DNA of 61,773 nt from an uncultured bacterium (GTDB lineage Bacteria > Cyanobacteriota > Vampirovibrionia > Gastranaerophilales > Gastranaerophilaceae). Below, piece by piece: positions 1-9,064 of the stretch (position 1 is its first letter; every line of letters starts with the position of its first letter). The DNA lies in the NCBI GenBank assembly GCA_949284155.1, contig CASDVD010000024.1, positions 1 to 61,773 on the forward strand, given 5' to 3'. The notes below the pieces were generated by a model. That model had not been told where the DNA came from and did not search any database. It was given only the letters and a program-made list of their open reading frames with translations. Position numbers and translations under genes: made by a program.

Positions 1-73
1 AAAACTTCCGGCAGACCGGAACCTGAACATAAAGCCACTGTTCTTTTACATACAATGGTCATCGGCATTTTTT

Positions 74-97
74 AAGACCCCTTTGGGAGTCTTTTTT
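74..97 (+). terminator. Rho-independent terminator-like hairpin ending an upstream plus-strand transcript
   Basis: AAGACCCC / GGGaGTCTT stem (one bulged A) with a small loop, followed by TTTTTT. No ORF precedes it inside the window. Confidence 0.45.
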
Positions 98-484
98 GTT
101 AGCCGGAGTCGAACAGGTTCCCGTTTCTACTTTCCGAAAAACCATTCAAATACTACATTATCTAATTATCTGCCGGCATAAGATGAATTGTTGGCAAGGA
201 TTCTGAATTGAAATAGGGAATATTTTGCCCGACCATCATCGGTCTTTTGTCATGCTGAATTCACAACTCCTACTGCAGATGAAGAATGAGTCGTACAAGG
301 GATGGTGCCCTTGGGTATTCCAACATCTTACCGACTCGCAAAATCTTTGTACTGTATTAAATTATTAAAGTTGATTAAGAAAAATTTGTCATTAATATAA
401 AAGTAATGTAATAATATTTGTAGGCAATAATTCTTTGATAGTGAGAATAATTGCATACCAGACTATAGACGGGTTGCGGAGATT

Positions 485-1195
485 ATGTTGAAAAAGAAAA
501 ATATAGTAATTGCGTTGCTTGCTGTAATATTATTCCAAACAGGCGTAATAGCAGGTGAAGCTCCAAAGGCTATGAAAATGAAGCCTTCATGGTTTTTAGG
601 AAATAAGTTTAAAAAATCTGAAGATCCTGCGCAAAAGGAAATAAAAGAATTGAGAAAAACTTATAAAGATGTCACTGAAGATGAAAAAATAATGCGAGCT
701 TTGGAACTCTTAAAAGGTACTCTTGGTGAATATTCAAGAAGTGCTATTTTAGGGAATAATTTAAGCGACAGACCTATAAGGATAGAGTTTACTGATTTAT
801 ATGTCTTAAATCCTGCGTATACAAACTTCGATGCCGTTGGTTGGAAAAAGAAAAAGGATTTATATATTTATATAAACCAAAAGCACACGGATGCTCCCGA
901 ACAGGCGTTAGCTGCACTACTCTCGCATGAGGCTTTGCATCAGGATGATTTTAACTCATTGAATGAGGAGACTTATGCATGGACAATGGAGGCAGCTGTA
1001 TGGACGCAGCTTTCAGATAAGTATCCGAAAGAGTGTAACAATATACATCCGCTTGCTGTGAGGGAAAATACCTTAAAAAAATTATTTATAAAAGGTAATT
1101 ATTCCAGCAAATATATTAGAAAAACAGTATTTTCAAATCCGGGATATAAAAATTTACCATCAAGATCTCCGGGTTTTGAGGATGATGATTTGTAA
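485..1195 (+). CDS. Secreted hypothetical protein with HExxH motif
   Basis: Signal-peptide-like N-terminus (MLKKKNIVIALLAVILFQTGVIAGEAP). Internal HEALH zinc-metalloprotease-type motif. GGAG just upstream of the ATG, and a terminator follows at 1223. Confidence 0.6.
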   Translation: MLKKKNIVIALLAVILFQTGVIAGEAPKAMKMKPSWFLGNKFKKSEDPAQKEIKELRKTYKDVTEDEKIMRALELLKGTLGEYSRSAILGNNLSDRPIRIEFTDLYVLNPAYTNFDAVGWKKKKDLYIYINQKHTDAPEQALAALLSHEALHQDDFNSLNEETYAWTMEAAVWTQLSDKYPKECNNIHPLAVRENTLKKLFIKGNYSSKYIRKTVFSNPGYKNLPSRSPGFEDDDL

Positions 1196-1222
1196 TGCTT
1201 GTGGTATATAGATTTAACAAAG

Positions 1223-1249
1223 CCGGATAATTTTATCCGGTTTTTTTTT
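1223..1249 (+). terminator. Rho-independent terminator
   Basis: CCGGATAA..TTATCCGG inverted repeat followed by T9. Confidence 0.6.
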
Positions 1250-1380
1250 GCAATAATAAAAATTATTCTGAAAAATAATCTTTGAAAGTTTGAAAAATTC
1301 TAAAATTCCATTAAAATATCTTTGAGCCCTGAATTATGTATTAGGTATCGAATTTTATTTTTCAATTACAGTAGTATATT

Positions 1381-2463
1381 TTGAAAAGAAGGATTTTTTT
1401 GAACGAATACTTAAATAAAAACTTATATGAAATTTTAGGTGTGGCATATGATGCGGATGTTATAGCCATCAAGGCCGCATATCGTAAAAAGGCTCGCATT
1501 TATCACCCTGATGTTAACAATAATACACAAGAAAGTATTGAAAAATTCAAAGAAATCACAGAAGCTTATGAATTTTTGCTAAACATAGAAAAAAGAAAAC
1601 GTTATGATGAAATTAACGGATATACAAAGCGAAAAGCGCAGGATTCACAGGCCCAGCGTACCAGAGCAAAAAAAGCATATTCTTCATCGGCTGCTGACAC
1701 AAAATCATCTACAGTAACAAAAGAGCGACCGAAAAATGATGAAAAATCTTCTTTTTCCAGTGTTTTTAATACTATTTTAGATGGTCTGTTTCCAAATGAA
1801 GAAGAGAACTCTCGCAAAGATAACGGGCATTGCAAGCCTGAAAACGGCAGAGATATTAATCTTACGGTATCAATAAAGATATCTGAGGCTTTACAAGGAA
1901 CTCACAGAACTATAAATGTTTTGCATTCAGAACCTTGTCCAAAGTGTAATGGCAGAAAATTCATAAACGGTTCAAAATGTCCGTTATGCAAGGGTACAGG
2001 CGAGATTTCAATACATAAGAAGCTTAATGTAAAAATACCGGCTAATGTAAAAAACGGGGCGAAAATTCGTATTGCCAATGAAGGTAATAAAGGTTGTAAC
2101 GGCGGCAGCGACGGTGATTTGTATTTGAATATAGAGATACAGGAAAGCAAGTTTTTTAGGTATGACGGTTTGAATGTGTTGTGTGAAGTTCCTATTACTT
2201 CTTATGAAGCGGCTTTGGGCGCAACAATAGAAATTCCTACATTGCATTCTTCTGTTAACATGAAAATTCCTTCCGGTACGACTACTGGACAAAAATTTCG
2301 TCTTTCAGGCGAGGGGCTTTCCGACGGAGAAAAAAAAGGAGATCAAATTGTTGTTGTAAAAATTGAAATGCCGCATGATATAACGCCGGAAGAAAAAAAA
2401 CTTTACGAAAGACTCAAAAGTCTTTCACGTCACAATGTTAGGGAGAATTTAGGCAATGGTTAG
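1381..2463 (+). CDS. dnaJ: DnaJ-family co-chaperone (J domain, reduced zinc finger, DnaJ C-terminal domain)
   Basis: J domain LYEILGV...YRKKARIYHPDVN with HPD. Only two CxxCxGxG repeats (CPKCNGRK, CPLCKGTG). An S/K-rich linker replaces the G/F region. The track start is TTG, so the true start is uncertain. Confidence 0.75.
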   Translation: MKRRIFLNEYLNKNLYEILGVAYDADVIAIKAAYRKKARIYHPDVNNNTQESIEKFKEITEAYEFLLNIEKRKRYDEINGYTKRKAQDSQAQRTRAKKAYSSSAADTKSSTVTKERPKNDEKSSFSSVFNTILDGLFPNEEENSRKDNGHCKPENGRDINLTVSIKISEALQGTHRTINVLHSEPCPKCNGRKFINGSKCPLCKGTGEISIHKKLNVKIPANVKNGAKIRIANEGNKGCNGGSDGDLYLNIEIQESKFFRYDGLNVLCEVPITSYEAALGATIEIPTLHSSVNMKIPSGTTTGQKFRLSGEGLSDGEKKGDQIVVVKIEMPHDITPEEKKLYERLKSLSRHNVRENLGNG

Positions 2464-3127
2464 CGCAAAGATAAATGAAATTTTTGATTCAATTCAGGGA
2501 GAAGGTCCATATATAGGCTATAGACAGATTTTTATAAGATTTTGCGGCTGCAATCTTGTTTGTGATTATTGCGATACAGAATTTCAAACCGGTGAAAGTT
2601 ATACATCCGGACAGCTTTTAAATAAAATAAATGAATATAATCTCAATGCTGTTCACAGTATTAGTCTTACCGGCGGTGAACCTCTTTTACATTATGAATT
2701 TTTACGTGAGTTTCTTCCTCAGATTCAGAAAAAAATTTATCTTGAAACTAACGGGATTTTAATAAAACCATTGGCTGATATTATCGGGTTTATTGATATT
2801 ATTTCTATGGATATTAAACTTAATTCTTCTGCCAAAATCGGTGATGTTTTTAATCAACACAAAAATTTTATTGAATTGGCTCAAAAATACGGGAAAGAAA
2901 TTTTTGCAAAAATTGTTTTTGATGAGAATATAGAAGAGTTTGAGCTCAATGAATGTGCGGCACTCGGAAAAACATATAAAATTCCTCTTATATTACAGCC
3001 TAAAATGGAAAAAGCCGGGATTTCAGTTTCAAAAGAAAAGATGCTTGAAGTTTTTGATAAATTAACTTCCAAATATTCTGATACAAGATTAATTGGGCAG
3101 GTTCATAAATTTTATGATTTTCGATAA
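2456..3127 (+). CDS. queE: 7-carboxy-7-deazaguanine synthase (radical SAM)
   Basis: N-terminal INEIFDSIQGEGPYIGYRQIFIRFCGCNLVCDYCDT is the QueE signature, including the CxxxCxxC-type cluster. Overlaps dnaJ by 8 nt. Confidence 0.85.
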   Translation: MVSAKINEIFDSIQGEGPYIGYRQIFIRFCGCNLVCDYCDTEFQTGESYTSGQLLNKINEYNLNAVHSISLTGGEPLLHYEFLREFLPQIQKKIYLETNGILIKPLADIIGFIDIISMDIKLNSSAKIGDVFNQHKNFIELAQKYGKEIFAKIVFDENIEEFELNECAALGKTYKIPLILQPKMEKAGISVSKEKMLEVFDKLTSKYSDTRLIGQVHKFYDFR

Positions 3128-3155
3128 ATTTAGTTCGACCTAAAATAAAATCATA

Positions 3156-3164
3156 TGCTATAAT
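3156..3164 (+). promoter_or_regulatory. Extended -10 promoter element (TGcTATAAT)
   Basis: TGCTATAAT lies 26 nt upstream of the ATG at 3190. No convincing -35. Confidence 0.35.
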
Positions 3165-3189
3165 ACTTCTGGAATCTACAAGAGGCTAT

Positions 3190-3834
3190 ATGAATAAGTA
3201 TATTGGTTTGATGATTATTATCAGCGGATTGTGCTTACCGGTACGGGCGGAATCTATTCCTGCTTTACAGGATGCGGTGGAAAAGAGTATTCCTTCATCT
3301 GTGTCGGCGCCTGCGCCTTCTTCATCTGCGGAAAAGTTGTTAAAGGATTTTAAAATGACTCCTTTGGTTGAGGAAACTCCGATTATGGAGGCGAAGATTA
3401 GGGCGGTTGCAGGTGAATTTCCCGTTAAAGTTAAGCCTGCTAAGAAGATAACTACATCTAATCCGTTATTAAAAGAAGGCGATTATGTAGAATTTGAAGT
3501 CGTTGAAGATGCTATGATAACGGCTGATTTTGGGCTTAAAAAAGGCGAGATTGTAAAAGGACTTGTTACTAAGCTTGTGGACAACGGTTTTAACGGTTCT
3601 GAGGCATCTATTGTAATAGATCAGTTTGAAATTACAAGAGAATCAGGAGACAAACTTTATCTTGTCGGAGAAATTAAGAGAACCGGCTCAAATCATGATA
3701 AAGCAATTGAGTCCTCAAATTATATTTTAGGGCCTGCCGCTTTCTGGATAAGAGGCGGAGAAGTCCATTTTAATCCTGAAAAGGATGTTTTTACTATATA
3801 CTTGAATAATATTGGCCAGGCTGAAAAATTATGA
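3190..3834 (+). CDS. Secreted hypothetical protein (paralog of the next gene)
   Basis: Signal peptide MNKYIGLMIIISGLCLPVRAES. C-terminal half resembles the downstream ORF (EGDYVEFEVVEDA..LKKGEIVKGLV vs KGAVVNFTTVNDV..IKKGTPVTALV). Confidence 0.6.
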   Translation: MNKYIGLMIIISGLCLPVRAESIPALQDAVEKSIPSSVSAPAPSSSAEKLLKDFKMTPLVEETPIMEAKIRAVAGEFPVKVKPAKKITTSNPLLKEGDYVEFEVVEDAMITADFGLKKGEIVKGLVTKLVDNGFNGSEASIVIDQFEITRESGDKLYLVGEIKRTGSNHDKAIESSNYILGPAAFWIRGGEVHFNPEKDVFTIYLNNIGQAEKL

Positions 3835-4310
3835 AAAAAATATTTTTGTCTTTAACCTTACTTATATTTTCTGTGCTTTTTATGCAAATGCCTTGTGAAG
3901 CAAGGAAATATGTCTTGAATATAACTCCCGCTCAGGAAATTAATACGAAGGATGAAACTTTACAAAAAGGTGCTGTTGTGAATTTTACTACAGTAAATGA
4001 TGTATATGTCGGTTCTGCTTTGTATATAAAAAAAGGCACGCCTGTTACTGCATTGGTAAATTATGTGGAAAAAGATGCATGGATTGGAGAAACTCCGTTG
4101 CTGATTCTTTCTTATTTTGAGACTAAAGATGTGACCGGTGATCCTGTTGTCATTGACTATACTCTCAAAATTAAAGCAAAATACGGCATGTCAAAATTCA
4201 GTGAGTATGCTAAATATTATGCTAAAAGTATTATTTTCTGCGCCAACCTGAACCTCAAGCCAAATGATTTAATTTTTAATGTTCTTTTTGATAAGCCGTC
4301 TGAAGATTAA
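3831..4310 (+). CDS. Secreted hypothetical protein (paralog of the previous gene)
   Basis: Signal peptide MKKIFLSLTLLIFSVLFMQMPCEA. ATGA start/stop overlap with the upstream gene. Confidence 0.6.
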   Translation: MKKIFLSLTLLIFSVLFMQMPCEARKYVLNITPAQEINTKDETLQKGAVVNFTTVNDVYVGSALYIKKGTPVTALVNYVEKDAWIGETPLLILSYFETKDVTGDPVVIDYTLKIKAKYGMSKFSEYAKYYAKSIIFCANLNLKPNDLIFNVLFDKPSED

Positions 4311-4461
4311 AAAAATTCTTATTCAAAATGATAGAAAAAATTGTTGTATCGGAAGATAATGAAAAAATTGCATGAACCATTGTATGAACATCAATGATTC
4401 AGTATTGTTACATCTGCCGGTTGGTTTATGACGAAAAATATAAAACAATTCAGGGATATTA

Positions 4462-5445
4462 TTAAATTGAACGGTGCATATAAAATTCAAAGCAGTCGCT
4501 GTTAAGTATTTTTTGATAGTTAGAAAAGTTTTTTAATTGTTTACAGATATTAAAATCAAAGCTGTCGTCTTTTGCAAGAGTAAGAACATTTTTCATTTTT
4601 TGATAGAATTGAGGTTTTAAAACAAATCGTGATTGTATAAATCTTAAAGTAAGTTCTTCATATTTATATTGGAAAAGAGCGTATTTGTATTCTTCGTACA
4701 AGTTTAAATTTCTGATTAAGTTGTCAACAGTATCAATGACACTAAATATATCAAAAATATTTTTCTTTAAATTCTGCATTAGTGAAGTACTATGGATTCT
4801 GTATTTGTAGAACGCTTCATCTGACAATATAATGCTGTTGGATTGGAAAAAAGTCTCAAAATCAAAAATCTGATTTTCAAATATATTATTTTCAGCAAAT
4901 TTAATATTTTTTTCGAGAAGAAAATATTTTCTGTAAATCTTATTGCAGGCAGAATAATTTCCGCAAAACGGATTTCTGCAATCTTGAAAAGAATGAACTG
5001 TTTGTTTGAGGTTATTCCAAGTATTAATATCAAAAAAACTGCGGGGATACAGGTCTTCAGATGCATCATTGTATATTTCCGCATTGAAGATAAAAATATC
5101 AATATCATTGTCTTCTATTTTTTGTGCAAAAGTCTTGTAAAGGGTAAGCGAAACCCAGTCATCCGAGTCAACGAATGAAATATAATCTCCTGCCGCTTTT
5201 TCAAGCCCGCAATTTCTGGCTGCACCCGGGCCTTTATTTTCTTGATTATAAATTTTAATTCTTGAATCTTTTGCTGCATATTCTTGTAATATTTTCAATG
5301 AGCTGTCCGATGAGCCGTCATTGATACACAAAATTTCATATACGCTGTAGGTCTGTAAAAGAATTGAATCCAGACATTTTTTTAAATACTTTTCACTGTT
5401 GTACACAGGAATTATGACCGAAATTTTAGGTTGTATATTCTTCAT
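4462..5445 (-). CDS. Family 2 glycosyltransferase
   Basis: ISVIIPVYNSEKYLKKCLDSILLQTY ... INDGSSD ... FVDSDD, the classic GT2 (GT-A) N-terminal motifs. Confidence 0.85.
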   Translation of the reverse strand: MKNIQPKISVIIPVYNSEKYLKKCLDSILLQTYSVYEILCINDGSSDSSLKILQEYAAKDSRIKIYNQENKGPGAARNCGLEKAAGDYISFVDSDDWVSLTLYKTFAQKIEDNDIDIFIFNAEIYNDASEDLYPRSFFDINTWNNLKQTVHSFQDCRNPFCGNYSACNKIYRKYFLLEKNIKFAENNIFENQIFDFETFFQSNSIILSDEAFYKYRIHSTSLMQNLKKNIFDIFSVIDTVDNLIRNLNLYEEYKYALFQYKYEELTLRFIQSRFVLKPQFYQKMKNVLTLAKDDSFDFNICKQLKNFSNYQKILNSDCFEFYMHRSI

Positions 5446-6443
5446 ATCATTTCTTCCAATTTTTCAAGATAAGGTTTGAATGTATCAAAGTCAACTTCTA
5501 AAAGTTTTGTCAGGTAAGAAAATAAAGGAATATTTTTGAGGAATTCAATGTCGTATTCGTTAAAATTTTCTTTCTCAAAATGTTTTTTTATTCTTGAAAA
5601 ATATTCTTCCTGAAGATTGTTATCAATTTTATGGAGTTGAACAAGAAAAGTTTTTGTCTCATACAAAAGCCAAAGAGTTTTGTATTTATCCCATTTATTA
5701 TTTTTTTTGAAAATATCTCTGGTTGTATTTAATATAAAAAATGCATCATTATAGCTTTTTTCCGTATTTGGTATTATTGAAGGCCGGTCTGCTGTTCGAT
5801 ATATATATAATTTGTTTTGGTCAAAGGATATTTTTTGTGCACTCAGAAAAATTTGAGCAAAAAACGGAATATCCTCGAAAGCATAACCGTCAATAAATCT
5901 GATATTTTTTGATTTTATGAAATCGGAAAGATAAATTTTGTTGTTGCAGGTGCAGGGTATTTCGAAAAATATTGCAGGTGGAATTTCGTTTTCATTAAAT
6001 CCCGTATTTTTATATCTTTGATCAAGAAAGTTTGATACCCCGTTATTATTATAAGCAAAGTATTTATGCTCGGCAGTGTTATACCATATGATATTGCAGT
6101 ATGCAACATCACTGTTTCTGTTTTTTGCGTTGTGGTAGAGCCGCTCGAACATTAAAGGCGAAATTCTGTCATTTGGGTCAACAAATGCTGTATATTCGCC
6201 GCATGAAGCATCAATGCCTGTATTTCGTGCGGAGGCTGTTCCGTTATGTTTTTTGTTTATAATTTTTATTCTGTTGTCAAACAGTGCATATTTTTCAAGA
6301 ATTTCCGGTGAAGAATCCGTGGAACCGTCATTAACACAGATAATTTCAATATTGCTGAAAGATTGTGAAATAATGCTGTCCAGACACTGCGCCAGCTCTG
6401 ATTCATTATTGTAAACAGGAACAATTACAGAAATTTTAGTCAT
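5442..6443 (-). CDS. Family 2 glycosyltransferase
   Basis: ISVIVPVYNNESELAQCLDSIISQSF ... VNDGSTDSS. 4-nt overlap with the downstream GT2. Confidence 0.85.
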   Translation of the reverse strand: MTKISVIVPVYNNESELAQCLDSIISQSFSNIEIICVNDGSTDSSPEILEKYALFDNRIKIINKKHNGTASARNTGIDASCGEYTAFVDPNDRISPLMFERLYHNAKNRNSDVAYCNIIWYNTAEHKYFAYNNNGVSNFLDQRYKNTGFNENEIPPAIFFEIPCTCNNKIYLSDFIKSKNIRFIDGYAFEDIPFFAQIFLSAQKISFDQNKLYIYRTADRPSIIPNTEKSYNDAFFILNTTRDIFKKNNKWDKYKTLWLLYETKTFLVQLHKIDNNLQEEYFSRIKKHFEKENFNEYDIEFLKNIPLFSYLTKLLEVDFDTFKPYLEKLEEMI

Positions 6444-6563
6444 AAGTTATTATGTGAATATTTATGTAAAAAGGTCAAGTTGTAAAAAAAATATATAGAA
6501 TGAAAATGCAACTAATATAGGATTTTTGTTGATTTTTATAAGTATTTTATGTAATCTATTTAA

Positions 6564-6581
6564 TAGTGAGAATTATCACTA
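6564..6581. promoter_or_regulatory. Palindromic operator candidate TAGTGA-N6-TCACTA (CRP/FNR- or Rex-like geometry)
   Basis: Perfect 6+6 inverted repeat with a 6-nt spacer, 58 nt upstream of hydC. It sits just downstream of a weak TTGATT-N17-TAATCT promoter-like pair (6529-6557). Confidence 0.35.
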
Positions 6582-6638
6582 ATGGTCATGTATTTAGTGA
6601 ATCATGGTAATTAAGGTAAACATGGTAAAGGAGAGATA

Positions 6639-7151
6639 ATGAGTGCAACGGCTCAAAAGGGTATTGACTACCATAAAGTCGATGAAATAATGGCATCATA
6701 CGACTATAAAAAGTCAAATTTAATTGCAATTTTGCAAAAGGTTCAAGAAGTTTTCCGCTATCTTCCGGAAGATGCAATGACATATATAGGAACGAAAATG
6801 GAGGGTCTGTCACCGGCTACTGTCTATGGTGTGGCAACTTTCTATGCGCAGTTTAGCCTTGAGCCAAAAGGCAAATATGAAATAAAAGTTTGTGACGGAA
6901 CGGCGTGTCACGTTAGAGGTTCAATGCCCGTGTTGAATGCGATTAGGGCTGCTCTTGCTTTGGACGAAGGGCAGACAACATCAGATGACGGCTTGTTTTC
7001 CTTAGAAACAGTCAGCTGTCTTGGTGCTTGCGGTTTGGCTCCGGTCGTTGTTATCAATGAAAAAGTTTATCCTCAGATGACTTCTGATGCGATAAAAATT
7101 GTAATTGATACTATTATTCATGAGGATAAAAAAGAAAGTGCAGGGGCATAA
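6639..7151 (+). CDS. hydC: [FeFe] hydrogenase NuoE-like [2Fe-2S] subunit (HydC/HndA type)
   Basis: Thioredoxin-like ferredoxin with cysteines in VCDGTACHVRG ... VSCLGACGLAPV. GGAGAG RBS. First gene of a three-gene operon. Confidence 0.85.
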   Translation: MSATAQKGIDYHKVDEIMASYDYKKSNLIAILQKVQEVFRYLPEDAMTYIGTKMEGLSPATVYGVATFYAQFSLEPKGKYEIKVCDGTACHVRGSMPVLNAIRAALALDEGQTTSDDGLFSLETVSCLGACGLAPVVVINEKVYPQMTSDAIKIVIDTIIHEDKKESAGA

Positions 7152-9007
7152 TGACGCAAACATTGATTAATATTGATAAAGAACGTGAAAAGGCTAATGA
7201 ACATATAAAGGCACAGGGCTTGAGGGTGCTTGTTTGCGCCGGAACTGGCTGTGTGGCCAACGGCTCTTTGGAAGTAATCGAACGTTTCAAAAAGCTGGGT
7301 GCTAATGTCGGCACTCTTACCCATCACGACAAAATGACAGTCGTTCCGACAGGCTGCCATGGTTTTTGTGAGAAGGGTGTTCTTGTTGTTATTCCTGATT
7401 TAGACGTAACCTATGTTAAAGTTAAGCCTGATGATGTTGAAGAGATTGTCGAAAGTCATATTAAAGAAGGAAAACCTGTAGAAAGACTTTTGTATGTTGA
7501 TCCTAAGACACAAAAACATATTGCAAAAAATGAAGAAATCGGGTTTTATGCAAAACAGACAAGAACCTCTCTTGCTAACTGCGGGCACATAAATGCGGAA
7601 TCACTGGAGGAAGCTGTTGCTGTTGGCGGTTATGCCGCATTACATAAAGTATTGGAACAAAATGACCCTGATGCGGTAATAAAAGAGATTGAGGATTCAG
7701 GGCTTCGTGGCAGAGGCGGCGGCGGATTCCCCACCGGCAGAAAATGGCGTTTTACTGCTGCAAATAAAGGCGGCAAAAGCTATGTTGTATGTAACGGTGA
7801 TGAGGGCGACCCGGGTGCATTCATGGATAGAAGCGTCATGGAAGGCGACCCGCATAAACTTCTTGAAGGTATGGCTATTGCCGGTTTTGCAATAGGTGCT
7901 GATGAAGCTTATATATATGTGAGAGCAGAGTATCCGTTGGCTATCAAACGTTTAAGAAGAGCTATTGCCGATGCTGAAGCGGCGGGATATCTCGGAAAGA
8001 ATATAATGGGCTCTGATTTTAATTTCACAATTCATATCAAAGAAGGTGCAGGCGCATTTGTTTGCGGTGAAGAAACAGCTCTTATTGCTTCAATCGAGGG
8101 AGAAAGAGGCATGCCCCGTCCAAAACCGCCATTCCCGGCAAATAAAGGTTTATTTGGCAGACCGACATTGATTAATAACGTTGAAACGCTTGCTAATGTT
8201 CCGGTTATTATTTCAAAGGGTGCAAAATGGTTTAGTTCCTTCGGAACGGAAAAATCTAAAGGCACAAAGACCTTTGCCTTGACCGGTGAAGTTAATAATA
8301 CCGGCCTTATTGAAGTGCCAATGGGAACTACGCTGAGAGAAATAGTTTTTGATATTGGCGGTGGTATCAGAAACGGCAAAAAGTTTAAGGCCGTGCAAAT
8401 AGGAGGGCCGTCAGGCGGTTGTTTGACAGAAGAACATTTGGATTTACCTATGGATTACGACAATCTTATTGCTGCAGGCGCAATGGTTGGTTCAGGCGGT
8501 CTTGTAGTAATGAATGAGGATACATGTATAGTTGAAGTTGCAAGATTTTTTATGAACTTTACGCAGCATGAATCTTGCGGAAAGTGTGTTCCTTGCCGTG
8601 AAGGAACAAAGAACATGCTGAAAATCCTTGAAAAAATTGTTAAGGGCAAAGGCGAAATGAAAGACCTTGATACGCTTGAAGAACTTGCTCATGCAGTGAA
8701 AGACGGTTCTTTATGCGGCCTCGGAAAAACTGCGCCTAACCCGGTTCTGTCGACTTTGAAATACTTTAGAGATGAATATATTGCTCACATTAAAGACAAA
8801 CGTTGCCCGGCCGGAGTGTGCTCTGCAATGAAAACAATAACAATTCAGGAAGATTTATGTAAAGGCTGTTCAAAATGTGCCAGAAATTGTCCTGTTGGCG
8901 CTATTGAAGGTGAATTGCGCTCTCCGTTTAAAATTAATCAGGAAAAATGTATTAAATGCGGAGCCTGCTTGAACGCTTGTCCGTTTAAGGCAATTAAGCA
9001 GTCATAG
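7151..9007 (+). CDS. hydB: [FeFe] hydrogenase NuoF-like NAD(P)H/FMN-binding subunit (HydB/HndC type)
   Basis: GLRGRGGGGFPTGRKW FMN/NADH motif. ESCGKCVPCREG [4Fe-4S] site. C-terminal 2x[4Fe-4S] ferredoxin (CKGCSKCARNCP, CIKCGACLNACP). N-terminal extra 2Fe-2S domain (VCAGTGCVANG). Confidence 0.9.
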   Translation: MTQTLINIDKEREKANEHIKAQGLRVLVCAGTGCVANGSLEVIERFKKLGANVGTLTHHDKMTVVPTGCHGFCEKGVLVVIPDLDVTYVKVKPDDVEEIVESHIKEGKPVERLLYVDPKTQKHIAKNEEIGFYAKQTRTSLANCGHINAESLEEAVAVGGYAALHKVLEQNDPDAVIKEIEDSGLRGRGGGGFPTGRKWRFTAANKGGKSYVVCNGDEGDPGAFMDRSVMEGDPHKLLEGMAIAGFAIGADEAYIYVRAEYPLAIKRLRRAIADAEAAGYLGKNIMGSDFNFTIHIKEGAGAFVCGEETALIASIEGERGMPRPKPPFPANKGLFGRPTLINNVETLANVPVIISKGAKWFSSFGTEKSKGTKTFALTGEVNNTGLIEVPMGTTLREIVFDIGGGIRNGKKFKAVQIGGPSGGCLTEEHLDLPMDYDNLIAAGAMVGSGGLVVMNEDTCIVEVARFFMNFTQHESCGKCVPCREGTKNMLKILEKIVKGKGEMKDLDTLEELAHAVKDGSLCGLGKTAPNPVLSTLKYFRDEYIAHIKDKRCPAGVCSAMKTITIQEDLCKGCSKCARNCPVGAIEGELRSPFKINQEKCIKCGACLNACPFKAIKQS

Positions 9008-9064
9008 CTTATAAAATCAATAATAAAAGTAATTTAAAAAGTATAAACAATAAGGATAAAAATA

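Noticed and set aside
104-130. GGAGTCGAAC segment resembling the complement of a tRNA/tmRNA T-loop.
   Set aside because: The flanking bases cannot form a 5-bp T-stem or an acceptor stem on either strand.
438-448. 11-mer ATAGTGAGAAT, shared with the hydrogenase operator region (6563-6573).
   Set aside because: The copy at 438 is not part of a palindrome. Exact 11-mer coincidences are expected many times in 61 kb of AT-rich DNA.
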